From the IMG/VR virus record IMGVR_UViG_2740892431_000022: a stretch of DNA of 35,244 nucleotides; one strand, 5' to 3'. A program made the translations under genes and the position numbers. Of the stretch, positions 6,888 through 14,040 are shown one piece after another. Under the pieces are notes generated by a model. It did not search any database, was not told the DNA's origin, and worked only from the letters and a program-made list of their open reading frames with translations. Each line of letters opens with the position of its first letter. Positions within the stretch are counted from its first letter, which is position 1. The DNA is from a virus (Duplodnaviria > Heunggongvirae > Uroviricota > Caudoviricetes).

Positions 6888-8657
6888 TCAGTTGCCGTTA
6901 ACAATGCTGATAACACTGCTGCGTGCCGGCGTGGTCAGCGTGGCCATGACTTCATCCAGTGCAGCTTCCGGTACGCCGTCCGGGTACTGTGCCGTTAACT
7001 GGCGGTAATGTTCCGGCGTCCAGGTAAGGCCGTCGGCGCTGAACTTATCGCGCAGGGCTTTCGCGGCCTCCACATGAGTCATGGGACGTTGTTCAGTGCG
7101 CGGCCCGCGTACGTCAGAGGCCTGACCACGCTTCGGCATATAGGCCGGAAGTGTGGTGTCGTCGATATGTTTATACGGGTCAAGCCGCCCGCCGAACGGC
7201 AGCGCCTTCGCCTTGCGTGCGGCGGCTGCATCTGCGGCGTTGTCTGTACCGGTAACCAGCGCTTCAGTTTCTTTTGCCGCCATCTGTGCCGAGGTTTCCG
7301 GCAGGGCTTTGTAACTTTCGCCAAATACCGCCGCGCCTTCAGCAAAGCCAAACTCGTTCTTTCTGACCTCTTCGACCAGGAAGAACGTCTCGTGGCCGTC
7401 CTCACCGGTCAGAACCACCTGTGCCACATCGCTGCGCCATGGGTTACGGGTAATCATCAGTTTTTCACCAACCAGTACGCCCGGTACCGTTGATACGTCA
7501 AATTCAGTGCCCCGGAACGAGACACGAAGTTTTGGCGTGACTTTGCGGAGTTCTGGTGCCGCCACAGCCAGTTCACGACATACCTCAACGGAAGGCGCTT
7601 TTTTCAGCTGCTCAGCAGTAATCTTCAGCCAGATATCCGTGCGGGTTTTACCGTGGCGGCTGTGAACAGCCGTGGCGTTAAAGTGGCTGCGCCATTTCGC
7701 GGCCAGCGCGTTGAGTTCTTCCAGACTGTGAACCGGCCGGAACTTCAGCCCCGGCTCCAGCTTGCGTTCGATAATGTCACGCGCCTTTTCCACCTGTCCG
7801 GTGGCGCGGGCGTTATGCGGCTTGTGCGCTATCAGGTCGATGCCCAGTGAGCGGCACATGTTTTTCGTCATACCCGCGGTGTTTGCCGAGCCGGGGTCGA
7901 GATAGAGTATTTTCGGCACGCCGTGCAGCACGTCTGCGCCGCCACGCTCCTGCATGGCGTTGATAAGCACAGAACACAGGTTCTCACCTGATTCCGCGCC
8001 CGTCACATACTCAACGTAAATCCAGCCGCTGGCATGGTCGGTAATCTCGTAACTCCACACGCGGTCACTGGCGATACGGGCAAGGTTAGCGGGCTTGTTC
8101 TTGTAGAACTTCGCGCTGTCCATCACCTGCAGCCCTTTATGTCCATTGCTCAGGTAGTAAAGCGTGCAGAGTGAGGCGTCAATCTGCCAGACATGATTGG
8201 GATGCAGACTGGCCACTTCGGTATGTGGTGCAGGGGCATCCAGTTGTTCCGGGTGCAGGCCATAGTTACGCAGAGCACGGCTGATGGCATCTTCAGACAA
8301 CGGGAAAAACTCACTGGTGGTTTCATCTGTTCTGCCTGCGGTGATAAAGCCGTTAGCCCGCAGGGTTTCCACTGCATCTGCGATGGAATAGAGACGCTTA
8401 CCGTTCTTGCGGGTGGCCTCACGCAGTGTGGCAGATATCAGCGCGGCTTCGTCGCGGGTCAGGGCGCTGCGCCCGGCATCGGCGCGTTTTTTGCGTTTAT
8501 CAGTCACAGAGACCTCCTTCAGCCTGCGCAGCAGAGTGGCGCGGGACATGCCAAGTTCAGCACAGGCAGCGTCGTATATTGCACCGCGTTTACCATGCCC
8601 CGCGTCACGTGCCGCGCGGGCGACATAAACCAGTCGTTCAGTCAGGGCAGCATTCAT
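6888..8657 (-). CDS. Mu-type DDE transposase A
   Basis: 589 aa; N-terminal DNA-binding region, central rve-like core (...HVWQIDAS..., ...LYLDPGSANTAG...) and C-terminal region; GGAGG ribosome-binding site; immediately upstream of B. Confidence 0.92.
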   Translation of the reverse strand: MNAALTERLVYVARAARDAGHGKRGAIYDAACAELGMSRATLLRRLKEVSVTDKRKKRADAGRSALTRDEAALISATLREATRKNGKRLYSIADAVETLRANGFITAGRTDETTSEFFPLSEDAISRALRNYGLHPEQLDAPAPHTEVASLHPNHVWQIDASLCTLYYLSNGHKGLQVMDSAKFYKNKPANLARIASDRVWSYEITDHASGWIYVEYVTGAESGENLCSVLINAMQERGGADVLHGVPKILYLDPGSANTAGMTKNMCRSLGIDLIAHKPHNARATGQVEKARDIIERKLEPGLKFRPVHSLEELNALAAKWRSHFNATAVHSRHGKTRTDIWLKITAEQLKKAPSVEVCRELAVAAPELRKVTPKLRVSFRGTEFDVSTVPGVLVGEKLMITRNPWRSDVAQVVLTGEDGHETFFLVEEVRKNEFGFAEGAAVFGESYKALPETSAQMAAKETEALVTGTDNAADAAAARKAKALPFGGRLDPYKHIDDTTLPAYMPKRGQASDVRGPRTEQRPMTHVEAAKALRDKFSADGLTWTPEHYRQLTAQYPDGVPEAALDEVMATLTTPARSSVISIVNGN

Positions 8658-8660
8658 TGG

Positions 8661-9575
8661 TTATGCCTCCAGCCCGTTAATCTGTGGCGTCGGCTCAGTC
8701 AGCCATGAAGGCGCTGCATTGCCTGTTGGCTCGTCCGGCAGGTCAAATGTGGAGCGCAGGCTACGCGCTGTGCTTTCCAGTTGACAGACCAGGCCTGCCA
8801 TGAAGTCTCTGGGGGTATCAATCATGTTTTCAGCACAATATGCGCACAGCGTCTCAAAAGCGCTGGACAGTCGGACGGCGATAGCAGATTCCGCCTCAAC
8901 CGCTAATGCTGTTACTTCCGCCCGCAGCTTCTTAACCTCCTCATCAGGCTCAGGCGGCTGAATACGGGATTTCTTCTCCAGTCTGGTGGAGAGTGAATCT
9001 ATTTTTTCATTTTTGTCGGCGAGTACGCGCTGTTGTGCTGCGTTGGTTTCGCGCGCTTCGCGCAGGGCCTGACGCAATTCACGTACTGACATGCGATCAA
9101 CGTCGTCAAGCGTCAGGCCGGCAACTGTGCCGCCGTCGGCCAATTCATCAAGTTCTTCATTATCCAGAACCATCAGGTCGTACAGTTTGGCTTTCCCCAA
9201 AACGCTCAACGTTGAGCGTTTTGTTGGCTCATCACCTTCTCCCAAAAACTTCATACTGGCTTGCATCATGCGGCGAGCAACTTGTGGTGCAAGTCCGAGT
9301 TCATTTTCTAAAATGTTTGTAAAATCACCGTGTGGCTCATTTTCTTTTAAGATGATCAGCCGCTTACCCGCTTCCAGCATAGATTCAGCACTCTGCGCCA
9401 TATAAAAACGTGCTTCGTGAACAATGCGATCACGTTCATAAGGCAGTCCATCACCAAACTGCTGCATAATTTCCATGCGATGCTGTGTCATAGCGTTCAA
9501 ATTGACATTGATGTTATCTGACAGCGGAACCTCAACATTCAGTTCAGTGTTAACGGGTGATTTGGTGCGTCCCAT
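8661..9575 (-). CDS. Early protein, acidic with a predicted coiled coil (304 aa), function unknown
   Basis: AAGGAG ribosome-binding site; lies between the regulators and A; no confident family assignment. Confidence 0.7.
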   Translation of the reverse strand: MGRTKSPVNTELNVEVPLSDNINVNLNAMTQHRMEIMQQFGDGLPYERDRIVHEARFYMAQSAESMLEAGKRLIILKENEPHGDFTNILENELGLAPQVARRMMQASMKFLGEGDEPTKRSTLSVLGKAKLYDLMVLDNEELDELADGGTVAGLTLDDVDRMSVRELRQALREARETNAAQQRVLADKNEKIDSLSTRLEKKSRIQPPEPDEEVKKLRAEVTALAVEAESAIAVRLSSAFETLCAYCAENMIDTPRDFMAGLVCQLESTARSLRSTFDLPDEPTGNAAPSWLTEPTPQINGLEA

Positions 9576-9585
9576 TGATTACTCC

Positions 9586-9894
9586 TTACAAACGACTACC
9601 TGAAATAACTCGTTGGTTGATTTCGTTAATACGATCCTGTGCACGCGCCATCTCGTGACTGTGAGCCATGGCGATCTGTAGTAACTGGATTCCCGGTGCG
9701 AAACGTCCGTTCTCTAATTTCATGGCCAGTCCCTCTTCAATAAGGGTATTAAGTGCTCGATTGATATTCGCCGGGGACTCCCCCAGGGCTGATGCCAGTT
9801 CACCGTTAGAAACACCGTTCAGAGCATGACCGCGTAGAGCTTTGAGTACACGTAGGATGCGGGTCCCAGAACTGGAAATATTTACTTTACTCAT
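9586..9894 (-). CDS. Winged-helix (IclR/MarR-like) DNA-binding protein
   Basis: ...SGTRILRVLKALRGHALNGVSNGELASALGESPANINRALNTLIEEGL... resembles a wHTH; start at 9894 (MSKVN...) preferred over 9957; neither start has a strong ribosome-binding site. Confidence 0.55.
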   Translation of the reverse strand: MSKVNISSSGTRILRVLKALRGHALNGVSNGELASALGESPANINRALNTLIEEGLAMKLENGRFAPGIQLLQIAMAHSHEMARAQDRINEINQRVISGSRL

Positions 9895-9910
9895 GTCACA
9901 TTTCCATTTT

Positions 9911-9941
9911 TGCAATATGTGATAACCTGTTGCATATGTGG
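9911..9941. promoter_or_regulatory. Direct repeats TGCAATATGTG (9911-9921) and TGCATATGTGG (9931-9941), spaced 20 bp
   Basis: Related copies at 10154-10163 (TGCAATGATG) and 10172-10181 (ATATGTGATA) in the divergent promoter region. Confidence 0.35.
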
Positions 9942-9946
9942 AAAAT

Positions 9947-10135
9947 TTATGCCGCATTTGACGTGGGTTTTAATCCCAGTTTTACGGCAATTTCATGGGC
10001 TTTGCCGTAACGAGCTTTGGTCTGTCCATTGAGAACACGATAGACCTCATTGCGGCTGTAGCCGTGTTCTTCGGCCCAGCGGGTAAACGTGATACCACGC
10101 TGACGGAAGAGATTTTTAACTTGTTCGGAAGTCAT
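9947..10135 (-). CDS. ner: Ner-like DNA-binding protein (Ner/Nlp family)
   Basis: 62 aa; ...FTRWAEEHGYSRNEVYRVL...GKAHEIAVKLGLKP parallels the Mu Ner HTH and C-terminal segment; AAAGGAGA ribosome-binding site; first gene of the leftward operon. Confidence 0.75.
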   Translation of the reverse strand: MTSEQVKNLFRQRGITFTRWAEEHGYSRNEVYRVLNGQTKARYGKAHEIAVKLGLKPTSNAA

Positions 10136-10182
10136 TGTTGTCTCCTTTGTTGATGCAATGATGTTTGTTTTATATGTGATAG

Positions 10183-10211
10183 ATTATGAGAACTATTGTT
10201 CTCATTGTCAA
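10183..10211 (-). promoter_or_regulatory. Early promoter Pe (minus strand): -35 TTGACA, 17-bp spacer, -10 CATAAT
   Basis: Reverse complement of 10206-10211 is TTGACA and of 10183-10188 is CATAAT; about 45 nt upstream of the ner-like ATG. Confidence 0.6.
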
Positions 10212-10214
10212 TGA
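10186..10214. promoter_or_regulatory. Operator-like palindromes overlapping Pe
   Basis: ATGAGAAC-tatt-GTTCTCAT (10186-10205, 8-bp arms) fills the Pe spacer; TCATTG-t-CAATGA (10202-10214) overlaps the -35. Confidence 0.55.
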
Positions 10215-10221
10215 GGTTTGT

Positions 10222-10647
10222 GTGAATTTTGATTCTCTTTGCGCGTCGCGGTTCAAAGCTGAGCGTTCGCGGTTATCACTCAAGCAGGCTGAAGTAGCAG
10301 CCCTTTGTGGCGTTTCAAGAGAAATGTGGGGGAAATATGAACGAGGGGTTGCTGTTCCCGGAGGTGAGTTACTTGCAGCCTTTGCAAGAATTGGGGCCAA
10401 TGTACAGTTCATTCTTACCGGGGAGTCATCAGGTATAACTTTATCACGTGATGAAATGGAGTTACTGCAGCACTACCGGCAGGCACCATTACAGGTCAAA
10501 GGTTCAGTTTTGTCGGCCTTGACTACTGGCTCCTCCAGAGAACGGGCGGAACAGGTTATTCATGGAGATGTTCTGGGGAATGTTATCAAAGGTAACGTAA
10601 CCATAGGAACAGGTGGAATAATGAACAAAAATACCAAGAGAAGATGA
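10222..10647 (+). CDS. XRE-family HTH repressor-like protein
   Basis: HTH ...LSLKQAEVAALCGVSREMWGKYERG...; divergent from the ner-A-B operon; GTG at 10222 has GAGG 5 nt upstream; the ORF-track ATG at 10186 lies inside the operator palindrome (a leaderless start there is not excluded). Confidence 0.7.
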   Translation: MNFDSLCASRFKAERSRLSLKQAEVAALCGVSREMWGKYERGVAVPGGELLAAFARIGANVQFILTGESSGITLSRDEMELLQHYRQAPLQVKGSVLSALTTGSSRERAEQVIHGDVLGNVIKGNVTIGTGGIMNKNTKRR

Positions 10648-11630
10648 GTAAAGAGAAGCAAACAGTTAACGGGGATGTGGGTAACGTTGTCAGCGGTGAT
10701 GTTACCATTCATAACTATTCTGCTGACATACTTCCTTCGGCCCAGCAACCAATTTCGTTGCTGCAAAAACGCGATTTACACAGATTGATGGATGAATTGG
10801 TTGATCTGGGGGAAAGTAAGCGCGAGCTATGGATGACGATCCACACGAAACTTAATACCAAAACAGTTAATGAAATGACTGCGGCTGATTATCATGGTGC
10901 GGTTGAGATCCTTCAGAGATATGCACAACAGATCCAGAATATGAAGGACTGTAATCTTCTGGTCAGCAAAATAATGGCGCTTACTGACCCTGGGTATCGT
11001 CTTGACCGTGACAGATACTGTCTGAAGCATTTCGGTACAACCCATCTTAAAGGCCTAGACAAAGAGCAGTTGCAGGCTGTGTTTGGTTATTTTGATGATC
11101 TGCTGAATATTCGTGATGAGAGTAAAACTCTATCACCTCCATCGGAAAGCGGTGCAAAATCAGTCGCAACTGTACCAACCAGAAGCTGGAAGCCTCATGT
11201 AGTAGTGTTGGGGGGAGTGTTAGTTCTTGTAGCAATATTTTTCGTGGGAATGATTGTGTTCGCTGGTAAATGGGGAAATGCCAAAGCAGTAGCTTCTACT
11301 GAAACCAGCGTTTTTAACATTAAAACCAACGATAAAATAATAGAAGATTCCATCCCCGCACTGCGCAGCATGTTTCCAGGGTTAAATAAGTACTCAGATG
11401 ATTTCCATTCGGTTTCAAGCTACAAGCAAAAAACGGGCTGGCATACCCTTAAATTTACTGTATCAGCAAAGGCATCCGTCCCCGAAAATTATAGTGTTAA
11501 GGGCAAGGTTTGTTACATTAACATAAGCCCTGATGGTAGTTATGCTCGGGTTTTGACTGCTCCATGTCGTTCACTGCTACTTGATCAGCAAAGCACTCCT
11601 GACAGTAAATACCGTTTTATTCTTAAATAG
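10644..11630 (+). CDS. Single-pass membrane protein (328 aa), unknown function
   Basis: ATG overlaps the repressor stop (ATGA); roughly 180-aa N-terminal domain, one TM (HVVVLGGVLVLVAIFFVGMIVFAG), roughly 120-aa C-terminal domain with two Cys; sampled GC about 33-47 percent. Confidence 0.75.
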   Translation: MSKEKQTVNGDVGNVVSGDVTIHNYSADILPSAQQPISLLQKRDLHRLMDELVDLGESKRELWMTIHTKLNTKTVNEMTAADYHGAVEILQRYAQQIQNMKDCNLLVSKIMALTDPGYRLDRDRYCLKHFGTTHLKGLDKEQLQAVFGYFDDLLNIRDESKTLSPPSESGAKSVATVPTRSWKPHVVVLGGVLVLVAIFFVGMIVFAGKWGNAKAVASTETSVFNIKTNDKIIEDSIPALRSMFPGLNKYSDDFHSVSSYKQKTGWHTLKFTVSAKASVPENYSVKGKVCYINISPDGSYARVLTAPCRSLLLDQQSTPDSKYRFILK

Positions 11631-11720
11631 AAAATAACAGCTGAATTACCATGGGATCAGAAAAAAGACAAAGGCGGCATCATGCTGCGTTCTGAAATTT
11701 TAATGTAAAAGGTGATGAAC

Positions 11721-12302
11721 ATGGCAGGGATTCAGGTTATCGCAGGAAGTTTTCCTAAAGGGTGGGCAAGCATGGGGTTCGGTACCATCGTGTTTGCCAA
11801 AAAACCAAAACAAGGCTTTCCTGAAAATATTGTATTAAATCTGAAAGAAGAGCTTTTATCGATTGAACTTGCGGATAGTGAAGAGGAAAACCGTATAGGT
11901 AAGGCGGCAGGCGCAGGTTTGCTTGGTGGATTAATCTTTGGTGGTGCAGGGTTGGTCATTGGAGGTTTGCTTGGTGCGGCGGACAAGACGAAAAAAACTA
12001 TCACTTTTAAGGCAATGTTTACGGGAAATAGGTTACTTCTGGCTAAAACAGATTCAAAAACTTTTGTAAAACTTCAGTCAATTGCTGCTGATAATGCCCA
12101 TAACGCATCTGTAATCAACATGAAGCAAACTAATAGGGGCGATGTTTCTTCTCGTAAACAACTAACAGAAAATCCACAGCAGCAAGACTTACCTGCGCCC
12201 GCTACAACAGTAAAAATGACTGCCAAAGATAAGTTAGAATCGGCTCTTGGGCTGGGAATCATCGTTATAGCTGTTTGGGCAATAATACACTTCTTTTTTT
12301 AG
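11721..12302 (+). CDS. Glycine-zipper membrane protein (about 193 aa), unknown function
   Basis: AAGGTGA ribosome-binding site before the ATG at 11721 (ORF opens at 11712); AAGAGLLGGLIFGGAGLVIGGLLGAA segment plus C-terminal hydrophobic helix LGLGIIVIAVWAIIHFFF. Confidence 0.7.
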   Translation: MAGIQVIAGSFPKGWASMGFGTIVFAKKPKQGFPENIVLNLKEELLSIELADSEEENRIGKAAGAGLLGGLIFGGAGLVIGGLLGAADKTKKTITFKAMFTGNRLLLAKTDSKTFVKLQSIAADNAHNASVINMKQTNRGDVSSRKQLTENPQQQDLPAPATTVKMTAKDKLESALGLGIIVIAVWAIIHFFF

Positions 12303-12304
12303 TG

Positions 12305-12328
12305 CAGCCCTTCAGGGCTGTTTCTGTT
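12305..12328 (+). terminator. Putative rho-independent terminator after the cargo operon
   Basis: Stem CAGCCC/GGGCTG (12305-12310 with 12315-12320), loop TTCA, then TTTCTGTT. Confidence 0.5.
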
Positions 12329-12339
12329 CAGGAGGTATC

Positions 12340-12816
12340 TTAAGGATTATCCGGGGCGTTTTCCTGTTTGCCGTACTTCGGAGACGAACAACATTCTGTT
12401 GGCTGACCGGTGAGTTTACGTAACTCCTTCATGAGCAGCTCCTGATCGTAAACTGTCATCAGTGCCGCAATGGTGGCATGCAGTGCATCGGGCAGTATCC
12501 AGGGTTGCCGGCCCGTGGGGCATATAACATCCAGCAGCTCATTCGTCCGACAGATACGCTCCTCGCCGTATGACAACAGGCCCTGTCCCGTGTATTCCTC
12601 TAGCCTGATCACTGTGCCACCCCGTGGCTTCTGCCAGGTCGTCAGATCTTCGCCATTCATACGGCGCTCATTCTCCACGTCAGCAGCATCGACAATGACG
12701 CTGTTTCCGAGTTCCTGTTTCACCATCTCTTCTATCCGCGCCAGTACGTAACTTTTACCGCTGCCCACAGGACCGGACACAGTGACAGTGATGACCGGAT
12801 TCAGTGTGTGCGTCAT
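12340..12816 (-). CDS. Small P-loop NTPase or kinase-like protein (158 aa)
   Basis: Walker A GPVGSGKS at residues 15-22, then VIVDAAD; AGGAGA ribosome-binding site; opposite strand to both neighbours. Confidence 0.75.
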   Translation of the reverse strand: MTHTLNPVITVTVSGPVGSGKSYVLARIEEMVKQELGNSVIVDAADVENERRMNGEDLTTWQKPRGGTVIRLEEYTGQGLLSYGEERICRTNELLDVICPTGRQPWILPDALHATIAALMTVYDQELLMKELRKLTGQPTECCSSPKYGKQENAPDNP

Positions 12817-12877
12817 ATCGTATTCTCCTCTGTGAATAATTCATCGTTTATCCTGCACATCCCGTATCCCCGGCTCT

Positions 12878-12927
12878 CTTAACGCGCTTTAAAATCCTTC
12901 GCGCCCTGTATTTGTGATGCTGTCTCC
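12878..12927 (+). promoter_or_regulatory. Putative late promoter for the lysis operon
   Basis: CTTAA (12878-12882), TTAAAATC (12889-12896) and CTGTCTCC (12920-12927); the same arrangement recurs upstream of two other late operons. Confidence 0.4.
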
Positions 12928-12946
12928 ACCAAACGAGGAGACACAC

Positions 12947-13297
12947 ATGAAAAACCTGAAAAAATTCATTCCCCCTGTTAAAAAACCTCGCCTCAGCGGC
13001 TGGCTGCTGACCTCAGTGCTGTTGCTGGGCACCATCGCTCTGGTCTCACCACAGCAGCTGCCTGTTGTGATCTACAAGCTGGCACTCATCACGCTGGCAG
13101 CAGTGCTGGGTTACTGGCTTGACCGTTCGCTCTTCCCCAAAGCCCGTCCCGGTCAGTACCTGAAACATGACGACAGGCTGATGGCTGAAGGGCGTTTCCC
13201 GGTACAGACCGGCCTTCACCTGGTGTTTTCTGCTGCGTTAATCCGCCGTGCACTGATTGTTGCAGCGGTCTGCCTGGCTGTTGCGATGGGGCTTTAA
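12947..13297 (+). CDS. Putative holin (3 TM, 116 aa)
   Basis: GAGGAG ribosome-binding site; three hydrophobic helices; immediately upstream of the endolysin. Confidence 0.6.
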   Translation: MKNLKKFIPPVKKPRLSGWLLTSVLLLGTIALVSPQQLPVVIYKLALITLAAVLGYWLDRSLFPKARPGQYLKHDDRLMAEGRFPVQTGLHLVFSAALIRRALIVAAVCLAVAMGL

Positions 13298-13299
13298 TC

Positions 13300-14040
13300 A
13301 TGAACTGGCCGCAGATCACCTGGATTGTATGCATGTCCCTGAAACTGGCTTTCGAAGCCTTTCGGGTCTTCATCAGAACCGAACGCCTGTCAGTCCGCGC
13401 CGGGACCTTTCTGGTTCATATGGCATGGGTATTCTTTGTCGCAATGTTGCTCTGGTGTGGCGGCTTTTTCAGCCAGGCATGCGCAGCACAACCTCCGCAG
13501 GCTGCGCTGCAGTATCGCGATGATGTGATCCGTAATGCCCGGCTTGAATGGGGACTGTCTGCGCCGGTGGCCGATTTCGCCGCGCAACTGCATCAGGAAA
13601 GCGGCTGGCGACCTGATGCGATCTCGCCGGCTGGCGCTCAGGGACTGGCGCAGTTCATGCCTGCCACTGCCGACTGGATAAGCCAGTTGATACCGATGCT
13701 GAGCAGTCGTGAGCCGTTTAATCCGGCATGGGCTATCCGGGCGCTGGTCAGCTATGACCGCTGGCTGTGGCAGCGTGTCAGCGCCGCCAGTGACTGCGAG
13801 CGTATGGCCATGACACTGTCGGGCTATAACGGTGGTCTGGGCTGGGTACAACGGGACAGGCGGCTTGCATCACAGAAAGGTCTGGACAGCACCCGCTGGT
13901 TCGGACATGTCGCCACGGTGAATGCCGGACGCAATGCGGCCAGCTGGCGGGAGAACCGCCATTATCCGCAGCGCATCCTGCGCGAACTGGCACCGCGATA
14001 TCTCACATGGGGAGGCAGCAGTTGTGTGGCATCTGGTTAA
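13300..14040 (+). CDS. Endolysin, lytic transglycosylase with an N-terminal signal-anchor (SAR-like) segment
   Basis: SLT-type motif ...LHQESGWRPDAISPAGAQGLAQFMPATA...; hydrophobic N-terminal segment WVFFVAMLLWCGGFF. Confidence 0.8.
   Translation: MNWPQITWIVCMSLKLAFEAFRVFIRTERLSVRAGTFLVHMAWVFFVAMLLWCGGFFSQACAAQPPQAALQYRDDVIRNARLEWGLSAPVADFAAQLHQESGWRPDAISPAGAQGLAQFMPATADWISQLIPMLSSREPFNPAWAIRALVSYDRWLWQRVSAASDCERMAMTLSGYNGGLGWVQRDRRLASQKGLDSTRWFGHVATVNAGRNAASWRENRHYPQRILRELAPRYLTWGGSSCVASG

Noticed and set aside
6888-8657. Transposase as part of an insertion sequence or composite transposon
   Set aside because: It is flanked by a MuB-like ATPase, Gam, Mor, a repressor and a full virion gene set, which indicates a transposable phage rather than an IS element.
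12470-12751. Plus-strand 93-aa ORF inside the P-loop gene
   Set aside because: Antisense to an ORF with a strong ribosome-binding site and a Walker A motif; low-complexity Ser-rich translation.
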